NCBI GenBank assembly: GCA_017535665.1
Contig: JAFXTS010000019.1
Location: 54,531-118,530, forward strand
DNA: 64,000 nucleotides
Reading direction: 5' to 3'
Source: Bacteroidales bacterium
GTDB taxonomy: Bacteria > Bacteroidota > Bacteroidia > Bacteroidales > WCHB1-69
Shown: positions 1 to 9,165 of the stretch, piece after piece
Layout: each line of letters opens with the position of its first letter
Numbering within the stretch: position 1 is the stretch's first letter
Translations under genes and position numbers: made by a program
The notes under the pieces: model-generated
What the model was told of the DNA's origin: nothing
Database searches by the model: none
The model's input: the letters and a program-made list of their open reading frames with translations, nothing else

Positions 1-88
1 CGCTTTCAGGCTTGGTTTTCGAGACGGCAATCAGCTGCACATGGCTGGGAATTTGGTTGATAATTTTCTGGTAAACTTCTTGATTCAT
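1..88 (-). CDS. YggS-family PLP-binding protein, first 29 codons only (gene runs off the left edge)
   Basis: Minus-strand ATG at 86-88. The translation MNQEVYQKIINQIPSHVQLIAVSKTKPES contains the AVSKTKP PLP-lysine motif of YggS proteins. It is absent from the ORF track because the window truncates it. Confidence 0.55.
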   Translation of the reverse strand, partial: MNQEVYQKIINQIPSHVQLIAVSKTKPES

Positions 89-99
89 AATAATTTATA

Positions 100-131
100 A
101 TAAAAAGAGGACGTTTTTTAGTCCGTCCTCC
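100..131 (-). terminator. Rho-independent terminator after the 161..862 gene
   Basis: 7-bp stem GAGGACG (107-113) / CGTCCTC (124-130). On the minus strand it is followed by TTTTTATTAT. Confidence 0.6.
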
Positions 132-160
132 CCTATTCTAATAATGTGAATTTTCAACTG

Positions 161-862
161 TTAATCTTCGTCCTCGTCTTCATCCATGCCGAACATCTTC
201 ATCAGATCTTTCTGGGTGGTTTTCTTACCATCAGCGGGCAGGAGGAAGTTGGCAAGTTTAACTTTCTTATCGGCTTTCACCTCGTAGGCTTCAACGATAA
301 TGGTAGCGTTTTCGCCGTTAATGTCTCTGGTGACCTCGGTGCGGAGCGGATAGCCGACCAAACCGGGATGTGAGCCAAAGTTGATGTCAGCGTTGGGGTT
401 GATATCTTTAGAAACATAAAGGATGGTGGTAGTCTCTTCATCCGTTTCATTGTCAACGCTGGTTTCAATTACCTTTTCACAAACATAGCCAGCGATGGTT
501 TTCTTTTCGCCAGTGTATTTGTAATCGGTCTTCATGTTGGCGAGTTGCTCTTTGATTTCGGCTTCGGTGGTCTCAATATAATATTTGCCCATACCGGTGA
601 TGTCGTAAATCAAATAAACCATCTTGGCACCGCCATTGGTGATGGTGATGACATTGATGCCGGGCTTTTCCATCACACTCTTGGTGTAATTTTCATATAA
701 ATACACTACCTGCTCTTCAGGCAGACTGGCTTTAACATTGGCATCCACGTTACCTTCAACGATATATTTGCTTTTGATAACGCCTGCGAAAGGTTTCTGT
801 GCGAAGCTGCTCATCAGTCCGAAGACCATGATGGCCATGATAATTACGAATGCTTTTTTCAT
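161..862 (-). CDS. Secreted hypothetical protein with an acidic C-terminal tail
   Basis: 233-aa ORF with the N-terminal signal peptide MKKAFVIIMAIMVFGLMSSFAQ. The body looks beta-rich and it ends in DEDEDED. I recognise no motif. Confidence 0.7.
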   Translation of the reverse strand: MKKAFVIIMAIMVFGLMSSFAQKPFAGVIKSKYIVEGNVDANVKASLPEEQVVYLYENYTKSVMEKPGINVITITNGGAKMVYLIYDITGMGKYYIETTEAEIKEQLANMKTDYKYTGEKKTIAGYVCEKVIETSVDNETDEETTTILYVSKDINPNADINFGSHPGLVGYPLRTEVTRDINGENATIIVEAYEVKADKKVKLANFLLPADGKKTTQKDLMKMFGMDEDEDED

Positions 863-901
863 TGTGATATAGGTTTTAGATGATTATTCAATTTCAGCGT
901 G

Positions 902-909
902 CAAAAATA
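902..909 (-). promoter_or_regulatory. Bacteroidota -7 promoter box (TATTTTTG on the minus strand)
   Basis: CAAAAATA on the plus strand is the reverse complement of TAnnTTTG. It lies about 40 nt upstream of the start at 862. Confidence 0.45.
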
Positions 910-954
910 CACTATTATTTTTAATTGGGTTTGAATTTTTTGATAAAAAAATCG

Positions 955-962
955 TAATTTTG
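955..962 (+). promoter_or_regulatory. Bacteroidota -7 promoter box TAATTTTG upstream of gcvT
   Basis: Exact TAnnTTTG match 62 nt upstream of the ATG at 1024. Confidence 0.45.
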
Positions 963-1023
963 CCGAAAATTTGTAGAAGCAAAAATCGCAATATAAACTC
1001 ATAAAAAATCAAATAGTTTAAAA

Positions 1024-2115
1024 ATGAAACAGACAGTTTTTAAGGAAACCCATGAGAAGCTGGGTGCCAAGATGGTAGAATTCGCAGGTTACTGCATGCC
1101 CGTTCAGTATGAAGGCGTGACCGCCGAACACTTGCACGTGAGAAGCAAGGTGGGCGTTTTCGATGTTTCACACATGGGCGAATTCACCGTGAAAGGTCCC
1201 AAGGCTCTTGATTTGCTCCAGTACATCACCTCCAACGATGTGGCTGCCCTCTATCCCGGCAAGGTGCAGTATTCCTGCTTCCCGAACGGTAAAGGCGGCA
1301 TCGTGGACGACCTCTTGGTCTATAACCTCGCCGAGAACGACTACCTGTTGGTGGTAAACGCTGCCAATATCGACAAGGACTGGGCATGGGTGAGCAAGCA
1401 GAACGAGAAATTCGGCGCTGAAATCGCCAACATCTCCGACTCCATCTCCCAGCTGGCCGTGCAAGGTCCTCTGGCTCTCAAAGCCATGCAGAAACTGACC
1501 GACACGCCCGTCACCGACATGGAGTATTATACCACCAAGACCCTCACCTTCGCAGGTGTTCCGAATGTTATCTTCTCCACCACCGGCTACACCGGCTCAG
1601 GCGGCTGCGAGATCTATTTCAAGAACGAAGATGCCTTCAAGATTTGGGACGCCGTGTTCGAAGCAGGTAAAGAGTTCGACATCAAACCCATCGGTCTTGG
1701 CGCACGCGACACTCTCCGTCTCGAGATGGGCTTCTGCCTTTACGGTCACGAAATCGACGACACCATCTGCCCCATCGAGGCTGGTTTGGGCTGGATTACC
1801 AAGCTGAACGCTAAAGACTGCATCGACAAAGAGTATATGCTGAAGCTGAAAGCTGACGGTTTGAAACGCAAACTCGTTGGTTTTGAGATGATTGACCGTG
1901 GTATTCCGCGCTTGGAATATGAGGTTTGCGATGCAGAAGGCAACAACATCGGTATCGTGCGTTCCGGCACCTTCGGTCCCTCCATCAACAAGTCGGTAGG
2001 TACCGCATGGGTGAAGGCCGAGTATGCTAAGGTGGACACCGAGATCTACATCAAGATCCGCGGCAAACTGCTGAAGGCCATTACCGTGAAAATGCCTTTC
2101 TACAAAGGAAACTAA
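1024..2115 (+). CDS. gcvT: Glycine cleavage system aminomethyltransferase (T protein)
   Basis: 363 aa. The N-terminus THEKLGAKMVEFAGYCMPVQYEG...VGVFDVSHMGEF is the canonical GcvT signature. Confidence 0.95.
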   Translation: MKQTVFKETHEKLGAKMVEFAGYCMPVQYEGVTAEHLHVRSKVGVFDVSHMGEFTVKGPKALDLLQYITSNDVAALYPGKVQYSCFPNGKGGIVDDLLVYNLAENDYLLVVNAANIDKDWAWVSKQNEKFGAEIANISDSISQLAVQGPLALKAMQKLTDTPVTDMEYYTTKTLTFAGVPNVIFSTTGYTGSGGCEIYFKNEDAFKIWDAVFEAGKEFDIKPIGLGARDTLRLEMGFCLYGHEIDDTICPIEAGLGWITKLNAKDCIDKEYMLKLKADGLKRKLVGFEMIDRGIPRLEYEVCDAEGNNIGIVRSGTFGPSINKSVGTAWVKAEYAKVDTEIYIKIRGKLLKAITVKMPFYKGN

Positions 2116-2140
2116 TTGATAAATATTAAATTACTATGAT

Positions 2141-2169
2141 AAGAAGGCAGACTTCGTGTCTGCTTTCTT
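2141..2169 (+). terminator. Hairpin or terminator after gcvT
   Basis: AAGAAGGCAGAC, loop TTCG, then GTCTGCTTTCTT: a 12-bp stem with one G-T pair. It lies inside the ORF-track N-terminal extension of rimO and argues for the later rimO start. Confidence 0.45.
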
Positions 2170-2198
2170 ATTGTAAACATCACACAAAACACCACTCC

Positions 2199-3479
2199 AT
2201 GCACATCAACATCATCACCTTGGGATGCTCGAAAAACAATGTGGATTCCGAGGTTCTGGCTGCCCAGTTCGAGCAGAGGGGGCATCAGGTTTCGCACAAT
2301 TCTTCCGCCGACCGCGGCATCGACATGGTGGTCATCAACACGTGCGCTTTCATCCAGGATGCTAAGGAGCAGAGCGTGGACGAGATTCTGCTGCAGCTGG
2401 AGCGCAAAAAGCGTGGATACATCAAGCGCGTGTATGTCATTGGCTGCCTGGCACAAAGGTACACTGAAGACCTGGGCGAATCGCTGCCTGAGATTGACGG
2501 AATCTTTCCGTTTGCCACGGTGGGTCAGCTGTTGGGCGAAAACAAGTTCGACCTGCTACAGCAGACCGACCGCATCTTATCCACGCCTTCGCACTACGCC
2601 TACCTGAAGGTGTCGGAGGGCTGCGACCGCCAGTGCTCGTACTGCGCCATCCCGCTGATACGTGGCAAGCAAGTGTCGAAGCCTGTAGAGATGCTGGTGG
2701 ACGAAGCCACCAAGCTGGCGGAAAGCGGTGTGAAGGAACTGATGCTGATCGCGCAAGACCTCACCTACTACGGCATGGACTTGTACCAGCGCCGTGACCT
2801 CGAGCGTCTTCTCCGCAAGATTGCACAAGTAAAAGGCATCGAGTGGATTAGGTTGCACTACGCCTACCCTATCAACTTCCCCTACGAGATTCTGGATGTG
2901 ATGAACGACTACCCCAACATCTGCCGGTATCTTGACATCCCGTTACAGCATGTGAGCGAGGAGGTTCTGAAGAGCATGGGACGCGGCGGCAACCGCGACC
3001 AGATGTACCGGCTGGTGGAGCGCATCCGCGACAAGGTGCCGGGCATTGCTCTTCGCACTACGCTCATCTCCGGCTATCCCACCGAAACGCGCGAACAGCA
3101 CAAAGAGTTGGTAAAGTTCGTGAAAGACATGCGCTTCGACCGGTTGGGATTCTTCAGCTATTCGCAGGAAGAGGGCACTCCAGCTTACGAACTCGGCGAT
3201 CCCATCAAGGAGCGGGAGAAAAATCGCCGTTTGGAGGAACTGATTGCTACGCAGGAAGATATTGCGCTTGAATTGAACCAAGCCAAGGTGGGCAGCGTGC
3301 TGAAAGTGATGGTGGATACGGAGGAAGACGGTCATTATATCGGGCGTACTGAGTTCGACTCGCCCGACGTGGACGACTCGGTCATCATCGACGGCAACGA
3401 GAAGCTGGAGATCGGTCATTTCTATCCTGTACGCATCAATAAGGCCGACCATTTTGACCTCTACGGAACCAAAGCATAA
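2199..3479 (+). CDS. rimO: Ribosomal protein S12 methylthiotransferase (radical SAM, MiaB family)
   Basis: MHINIITLGCSKNNVDSE N-terminal MTTase domain, the radical-SAM motif CDRQCSYCAIP, and a C-terminal TRAM-like domain. The start was moved from 2136 to the ATG at 2199. Confidence 0.9.
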   Translation: MHINIITLGCSKNNVDSEVLAAQFEQRGHQVSHNSSADRGIDMVVINTCAFIQDAKEQSVDEILLQLERKKRGYIKRVYVIGCLAQRYTEDLGESLPEIDGIFPFATVGQLLGENKFDLLQQTDRILSTPSHYAYLKVSEGCDRQCSYCAIPLIRGKQVSKPVEMLVDEATKLAESGVKELMLIAQDLTYYGMDLYQRRDLERLLRKIAQVKGIEWIRLHYAYPINFPYEILDVMNDYPNICRYLDIPLQHVSEEVLKSMGRGGNRDQMYRLVERIRDKVPGIALRTTLISGYPTETREQHKELVKFVKDMRFDRLGFFSYSQEEGTPAYELGDPIKEREKNRRLEELIATQEDIALELNQAKVGSVLKVMVDTEEDGHYIGRTEFDSPDVDDSVIIDGNEKLEIGHFYPVRINKADHFDLYGTKA

Positions 3480-3485
3480 AGCACT

Positions 3486-4328
3486 ATGTCGTGTGGCGCA
3501 TACCTATTTCTCATTTTCCTGCTCTTCATACTCTCTATTGGAGCAGGTATTTATATTGATGATTCTTTCGACACAAACCACCCCTATATGATTAGTTTTC
3601 TCATTTTCCTGTCCATCTTTTTTATCATCCGGGCAATATTTAGGAGCGGTAGCGGACCTTCTGTACGTGTTCACCGTTATCAGAAGTCCGATTTCTTGGA
3701 GACCTTTCTGATTCTTGCAGCGGATGTCATCAAGGCTGACGGACATTTCAAGCGGTCGGAGTTGGATTATCTGCGCAATTATCTCACGCAGAACCTCGGA
3801 CCCGCGATGGCGCATCAGGCCATCATCCGGCTGCAGGAGATCATGCAGGAGAACTATAATCTGACTTCGGTATGCAATACGATGCGTACCAGTTCCAACA
3901 TCCACGAACGCCTGTTGGTGGTGCAGTTGTTGTTTGGCTTGGCAGCAGCTGACGGAGAACTTCATTCTTCAGAAGTAGCTGAAATAGAGAAGATTTCAAT
4001 TTTGTTAGGTATCAGCCGTGGCGACTATGAATCCATCAAGTCGATGTACATGGGCGGGTACTACTCGTATGGTGGCTACTCATCTTCGAGTAGTAGCAGT
4101 GGCGGCAGCGGTTATCGCAGTCACACCCTCGACAACGACTACAAGATATTGGAAATCAGTCCGGATGCCACAGACGATGAGGTGAAGAAGGCGTATCGGG
4201 CGATGGCCAAGAAGTACCATCCCGACCGGGTGGCGCATCTCGGCGAGGAGATGCGAAAGCAGGCGGAGGAGAAATTCGCCCGCATGACCGATGCCTACGA
4301 CAGGATTAAGAAATCGAGAGGAATGTAG
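3486..4328 (+). CDS. DjlA-like membrane co-chaperone (2 TM helices, TerB-like domain, C-terminal J domain)
   Basis: Two N-terminal hydrophobic helices, a central TerB-like region, a G/S/Y-rich linker and the J domain DYKILEISPDATDDEVKKAYRAMAKKYHPDR. Confidence 0.8.
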   Translation: MSCGAYLFLIFLLFILSIGAGIYIDDSFDTNHPYMISFLIFLSIFFIIRAIFRSGSGPSVRVHRYQKSDFLETFLILAADVIKADGHFKRSELDYLRNYLTQNLGPAMAHQAIIRLQEIMQENYNLTSVCNTMRTSSNIHERLLVVQLLFGLAAADGELHSSEVAEIEKISILLGISRGDYESIKSMYMGGYYSYGGYSSSSSSSGGSGYRSHTLDNDYKILEISPDATDDEVKKAYRAMAKKYHPDRVAHLGEEMRKQAEEKFARMTDAYDRIKKSRGM

Positions 4329-4365
4329 GAAATTGAGAATTGAAAATTGAGAATTGATAATTAGT
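4329..4365 (+). repeat. Tandem heptamer array (AATTGAR)x5, C-free on the plus strand
   Basis: AATTGAG AATTGAA AATTGAG AATTGAT AATTAGT starts right after the stop at 4328 and ends at the next start codon. There is no C between 4316 and 4371. Confidence 0.9.
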
Positions 4366-4368
4366 GAT

Positions 4369-5718
4369 ATGCGTGCTCTGAGTGTTTTTTTAGGATTTTT
4401 ATTGATGTCCACGATGCAAGTGATGGCTCAGATTTGTGGCTGCACCGACCCGTTGGCCAACAATTACAACGCGGCGGCTACCGTCAACGACGGCAGCTGT
4501 ACCTACGCCTCCACCACCGTCAGTCCGGTGGAAATCGGTCAGCTGGATGAAACGTTGGAGGGCTCCTCTACGCTGCTGTTCTGGAATGGCGGCTACTGGA
4601 CCTACAACGACCACAACGACTGCTGTCTATACCGGCTCGACAGCACCACGGCAGCCACTGCAGAAACGCTGTGTATCAGCGGAATAAGCAACTACGACAC
4701 AGAAGAGGTGTCGCAGGACAGCCTCTATCTGTACTTCGGCGACATCGGCAACAACAGCGGTGTGCGGCAGAACCTGCACATTCTGCGCATCAGCAAGGAA
4801 TCGCTTCTGAATCAGCCCTTTGTGGTGGATACGATATGGTTTTCTTACGAAGACCAGACCGATTTCACTTCGCAGCCGCAGGCCACCGATTTCGACTGCG
4901 AGTCGTTTGTGGTCGGACAGGACAGCATCTACCTGTTCACCAAGCAGTGGGCTTCGGAGCAGACCACCATCTACGCGCTTCCGAAAACGCCCGGAACGCA
5001 CATCGCCCAGCGGCGCGCCACCTACAACGTGGGTGGGCTTGTCACTGGGGCGACCTACGTGCCGCAGTACCGTTTGGTAGCACTCTGCGGCTACGACTAT
5101 GGGGGCGGCAGTTATCTTTCATCGCTGCATCCCTTCATCGTTTTACTCTATGATTTTCAAGGAGAAGAGTTCTTTTCGGGCAATAAACGCCGTCTGAACT
5201 TCGGCACATTGGTAAAAGACCAGGTGGAAGCCATCGCCACCAGCAATGCGACCGATTTCTACATTACGAATGAACACTTTACCACCACACAGTTAGGCAT
5301 TACCATCGACCGTCCGGCGAAATTGCAGCGACTGGACTTCAGCGACTATCTCCTCCCCTATCTCGCCACTTTCAATGAGGTTCCGATCGACACCATTCCG
5401 AACGATACCCTACCTACCGATACAGTCCCTACCGACACCATCACTCCGCCCGACACCAACGCCATCCATCAGTTCGACATGGAAGGCTTCCGCATCTATC
5501 CCAACCCCGCTTCCGACCAAATCCACATTGACTACCCTGAAGCATTTAGAGGCGCTCATTACGAAATTGTGAGCATTACCGGCCAAAAGATGATGGAAGG
5601 CATTCTGAATGAGCATTCTATTTTATTGAATAACAAAAAATTAAAACCCGGAAAATATATTTTAGCGCTCCGAGGGAAAATGGGGGTAAAATCATTTATT
5701 TTTATCAAAAAAGAATAG
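4369..5718 (+). CDS. Secreted protein with a T9SS type-A C-terminal sorting domain
   Basis: Signal peptide MRALSVFLGFLLMSTMQVMAQ, a Cys-rich CGCTDPLANNYN...DGSCTY module, a P/T/D linker, and a C-terminal FRIYPNPASDQIHIDY...KPGKYIL T9SS CTD. The start was moved from TTG 4354 to ATG 4369. Confidence 0.85.
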   Translation: MRALSVFLGFLLMSTMQVMAQICGCTDPLANNYNAAATVNDGSCTYASTTVSPVEIGQLDETLEGSSTLLFWNGGYWTYNDHNDCCLYRLDSTTAATAETLCISGISNYDTEEVSQDSLYLYFGDIGNNSGVRQNLHILRISKESLLNQPFVVDTIWFSYEDQTDFTSQPQATDFDCESFVVGQDSIYLFTKQWASEQTTIYALPKTPGTHIAQRRATYNVGGLVTGATYVPQYRLVALCGYDYGGGSYLSSLHPFIVLLYDFQGEEFFSGNKRRLNFGTLVKDQVEAIATSNATDFYITNEHFTTTQLGITIDRPAKLQRLDFSDYLLPYLATFNEVPIDTIPNDTLPTDTVPTDTITPPDTNAIHQFDMEGFRIYPNPASDQIHIDYPEAFRGAHYEIVSITGQKMMEGILNEHSILLNNKKLKPGKYILALRGKMGVKSFIFIKKE

Positions 5719-5739
5719 GCAAATATCAAAATAAAAGTG

Positions 5740-5747
5740 TAAATTTG
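5740..5747 (+). promoter_or_regulatory. -7 promoter box TAAATTTG upstream of apt
   Basis: TAnnTTTG match 27 nt upstream of the ATG at 5774. Confidence 0.5.
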
Positions 5748-5773
5748 CAACTTGATTTGAAAACCGTAACATC

Positions 5774-6286
5774 ATGCTTGATACCAGCAAAATCCGTGTA
5801 ATTCCTGACTTTCCGAAGAAAGGAATTCAATTTTTAGACATCACCACCATCATGAACAATGCCGACTATTTTCAGGAGGTATTCAATATGTTGTTGGATA
5901 TGGCGAAGGAGGTGAAGCCGGATGTGATTGTTGGATTGGAGGCACGCGGTTATTTCTTTGCCCCTGCGCTGGCCCTTGCTTTACATGTGCCGTTCGTGCC
6001 CATCCGCAAAGCGGGCAAACTACCCTACACCACTTACAAGGCCACTTACCAACTTGAGTACGGAGAGGCTTCCATTGAGGTGCATACCGATGCGATGAAA
6101 GAGAACCAGCGAGTGCTTATCTTTGACGACATTTTGGCTACAGGTGGTACTGCAGCTGCAGCCATAGATCTGGTTCGGAAATTCAACCCCACTTTCGTCG
6201 CCACCCATTTCCTCATGGAAATCCAAGCGCTGAAAGGACGCGACAAAATCGTAGCTGATGACATCCGTTCATTGCATCTTGTTTAG
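5774..6286 (+). CDS. apt: Adenine phosphoribosyltransferase
   Basis: 170 aa with IPDFPKKGIQFLDITT and the PRPP-binding loop VLIFDDILATGGTA. Confidence 0.95.
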   Translation: MLDTSKIRVIPDFPKKGIQFLDITTIMNNADYFQEVFNMLLDMAKEVKPDVIVGLEARGYFFAPALALALHVPFVPIRKAGKLPYTTYKATYQLEYGEASIEVHTDAMKENQRVLIFDDILATGGTAAAAIDLVRKFNPTFVATHFLMEIQALKGRDKIVADDIRSLHLV

Positions 6287-6327
6287 AACACAACATTTTA
6301 TTAATCAAATAATTAAAATAACAGATT

Positions 6328-7353
6328 ATGGAAAACATTGACTGGAGCAAATTATCCTTTGGTTATGTGAAAACCAACTACAACGTACGTTGCTACTACA
6401 GAAACGGCAAATGGGGCCAGCTGGAGATCTCCTCTTCCGAAGACATCACCATGCACATGGCTGCTACCTGCCTCCACTATGGCCAGGAAGCCTTCGAGGG
6501 CTTGAAATGCTACCGTGGCAAAGACGGTAAGGTGCGTATTTTCCGTTGGATTGAGAACAGCCACCGTCTGCAGAGCTCCGCTGAGACCATCCTGATGGCC
6601 AAGGTTCCGGACGAACTTTTCAAAGAGGCTTGCTGGAAAGTGGTTCAGCTGAACTCCGAATTCATCCCCCCGTACGGCACTGGCGCAAGCCTGTACCTCC
6701 GTCCGTTGCTCATCGGCACCGGCGCAAAGGTAGGTGTTTCCCCGGCTGACGAGTATCTTTTCATGATTTTTGTCACCCCCGTAGGCCCGTACTTCAAGGC
6801 TGGTTTCAAACCTGTTCCGATGCAGATTGTACGCGACTTCGACCGTGCCGCCCCGATGGGTACCGGCCACGTGAAAGTGGGTGGTAACTACGCTGCCAGC
6901 TTGCGCGCAGGCGAAAGAGCTCACCATGAAGGTTTCGCCGCCTCCATCTTCGCAGATGCCAAGACGAAACAGTACATCGACGAGGCTGGTCCGGCCAACT
7001 TCTTCGGTATCAAGGACGGCAAGTATATCACTCCCGACTCCGGCTCTATTCTGCCTTCCATCACCAACAAGAGCCTCCGCGAACTTGCTGCCGATATGGG
7101 TCTGACCGTCGAACGTCGTCACATTCCGATCGAAGAGATCGCCACCTTCGAGGAAGCTGGTGCTTGCGGTACCGCCGCCGTCATCTCCCCCGTTGACAGC
7201 ATCCAGGATCGCGAGAGTGGTCACGTTTACCAGATTGCCAAAAACGGCGAACCCGGCCCGTGGTGCGTGAAACTCTATAACCGCCTCACCGGCATCCAGT
7301 ACGGCGAAGTGGAAGACAAATTCGGTTGGTGCGACATCATTGACGTTGACTAA
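6328..7353 (+). CDS. ilvE: Branched-chain amino acid aminotransferase
   Basis: 341 aa, class IV aminotransferase. Motifs HYGQEAFEGLKCYR and GTGHVKVGGNYAASL. Confidence 0.92.
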   Translation: MENIDWSKLSFGYVKTNYNVRCYYRNGKWGQLEISSSEDITMHMAATCLHYGQEAFEGLKCYRGKDGKVRIFRWIENSHRLQSSAETILMAKVPDELFKEACWKVVQLNSEFIPPYGTGASLYLRPLLIGTGAKVGVSPADEYLFMIFVTPVGPYFKAGFKPVPMQIVRDFDRAAPMGTGHVKVGGNYAASLRAGERAHHEGFAASIFADAKTKQYIDEAGPANFFGIKDGKYITPDSGSILPSITNKSLRELAADMGLTVERRHIPIEEIATFEEAGACGTAAVISPVDSIQDRESGHVYQIAKNGEPGPWCVKLYNRLTGIQYGEVEDKFGWCDIIDVD

Positions 7354-7371
7354 TCGTATGGCTACCAATAA

Positions 7372-7407
7372 AAAAGAGATGAAATTCTTTTTCATCTCTT
7401 TTTTTTT
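7372..7407 (+). terminator. Rho-independent terminator after ilvE
   Basis: AAAAGAGATGAAA, loop TTCT, TTTCATCTCTTTT, followed by a T-run. Confidence 0.75.
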
Positions 7408-7426
7408 ACAATAGATATTAATTAAT

Positions 7427-9061
7427 ATGTATAGAAAAATCCTCTTTCCCGTTGTAATCCTCTGTCTGGTACTGCTGTCGGCCTGTGGCAACCGCCACGA
7501 CCATCCTGACAAGATGATCTTCCACTACAACGAATCAAGTGGCATTACTTCGTTGGATCCGGCCTTTGCGTCTGGACAGGCAGCAATATGGCCTTGTAAC
7601 CTGATTTACAATGGATTGGTGGATTTGGATGACTCTCTCCGCATCGTTCCCTCCATCGCAAAAAGTTGGGACATCAGCGATGACGGCCTCATTTACACGT
7701 TTCATCTGCGCACCGACATCCGTTTTCAGAATACCGATGACATCGCGTTTCCGAAGAGCCGGCACGTGACCGCACAGGATTTTGTGTATAGTTTCAACCG
7801 CATAGTGGATCCCAACGTGGCCTCACCGGGAAGCTGGATTTTTCAAAAGGTGAAACGCGACAAGGAGGATAAGGCACAATTTATCGCTCTTAATGACAGC
7901 ACTTTACAGATTGTACTAAGCGAAATTCAGCCGCCATTTTTGGGGGTGTTGGCCATGAAATACTGCTCGGTAGTGCCGCACGAGGCGGTGGAGAAATTTG
8001 GGAAAGACTTTGCCCGCCATCCCGTCGGCACCGGTCCTTTTCAGATGAAAATGTGGGAAGAAGGTGTAAAGCTGGTGCTGCGCCGCAACCCCTTCTATTT
8101 CGAATATGATGAAAAAGGTCAGCAACTCCCCTACTTGGACGGAGTATCCATCACTTTCATCGTGGATAAGCAGTCGGTTTTCATGGAGTTTATGAAGGGT
8201 TCGTTAGACTTCATGTCGGGCATTGAGGCTTGCTACAAGGACGCATTGCTGACTAAGCAGGGTGAGTTGCAGGAGAAGTACAAAGATGATATTCAACTAC
8301 TTACCTCTCCTTACATGAATACTGAATACATCGGTTTCCTGTTGAAAGGCGATGACCCTAACAACCCGTTGTTGAACAAGCAGGTGCGCCAAGCATTGAA
8401 TTATGGCTTTGATCGACGGAAGATGATGCAGTATTTGAGAAACAACATCGGTTATGCCGGCACGTCTGGTTTTGTGCCGATGGGGATGCAGTCGTTTGAC
8501 CCTGAACGTGTGAAGGGCTATGAGTACAATCCTACCAAGGCCGCGCAACTGTTGGCGGCAGCAGGCTACCCGAACGGCAAGGGAATGCCACCTGTCACCA
8601 TCTCAGTATCAGCTTCTTACTTAGATCTTTGTCAGTACATCCAGCACGAACTGGCGCAGATCGGAGTGACGGTCAACCTTGACGTGCAACAACCCGCTCA
8701 ACAGCGGCAGATGATGCGCAGTTATCGGCTGCCCGCTTTCCGTGGTTCGTGGATTGGCGACTATCCCGATGCGGAAAACTATCTTTCCCTCTTCTATTCC
8801 AAAAACTTACAGCCCAATGGTTCCAACTACACGCACTACGTAAATCCTGAATTTGACCGACTGTTCGAGAAATCGCAGACCATCTTGGACGACTCGCTCC
8901 GCAATGATTATTATACCCGTCTGGACTCATTGCTGGTGGAGGATGCTCCGTTTATGCTGCTGTACTACGACAAGGTGATTCGATTTGTACACAGTAATGT
9001 GGAGGGGATGGAGCCGGGACCGACCAACATGCTGGACCTTCGGCGCGTGCGCATCCATTGA
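7427..9061 (+). CDS. ABC-type peptide/nickel substrate-binding lipoprotein (SBP family 5)
   Basis: Lipoprotein signal VLLSAC and a family-5 solute-binding-protein-like sequence throughout. No permease genes are adjacent. Confidence 0.8.
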   Translation: MYRKILFPVVILCLVLLSACGNRHDHPDKMIFHYNESSGITSLDPAFASGQAAIWPCNLIYNGLVDLDDSLRIVPSIAKSWDISDDGLIYTFHLRTDIRFQNTDDIAFPKSRHVTAQDFVYSFNRIVDPNVASPGSWIFQKVKRDKEDKAQFIALNDSTLQIVLSEIQPPFLGVLAMKYCSVVPHEAVEKFGKDFARHPVGTGPFQMKMWEEGVKLVLRRNPFYFEYDEKGQQLPYLDGVSITFIVDKQSVFMEFMKGSLDFMSGIEACYKDALLTKQGELQEKYKDDIQLLTSPYMNTEYIGFLLKGDDPNNPLLNKQVRQALNYGFDRRKMMQYLRNNIGYAGTSGFVPMGMQSFDPERVKGYEYNPTKAAQLLAAAGYPNGKGMPPVTISVSASYLDLCQYIQHELAQIGVTVNLDVQQPAQQRQMMRSYRLPAFRGSWIGDYPDAENYLSLFYSKNLQPNGSNYTHYVNPEFDRLFEKSQTILDDSLRNDYYTRLDSLLVEDAPFMLLYYDKVIRFVHSNVEGMEPGPTNMLDLRRVRIH

Positions 9062-9138
9062 TTTTTTAGGCATCTCTCACTAACTATCTATTGTTTATAA
9101 ATAATAGATAATCAATAGATTTGTATCTTGATATTATG

Positions 9139-9146
9139 TAATTTTG
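9139..9146 (+). promoter_or_regulatory. -7 promoter box TAATTTTG upstream of murA
   Basis: TAnnTTTG match 20 nt upstream of the ATG at 9166. Confidence 0.5.
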
Positions 9147-9165
9147 CATAATTAAATTGCAAGAT

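Noticed and set aside
2136-2198. N-terminal extensions proposed by the ORF track (rimO 2136; also CDF 20412, MATE 25731, S46 26104, TBDR 52751, TonB-like 36652)
   Set aside because: The extensions overlap upstream genes, terminator hairpins or the opposite-strand gene. Internal ATGs give canonical N-termini or signal peptides.
6352-7512. 386-aa ORF on the minus strand
   Set aside because: It is entirely antisense to the well-supported ilvE gene. Its composition (G/V/A/R-rich, no motifs) is typical of a shadow ORF in GC-rich coding DNA.
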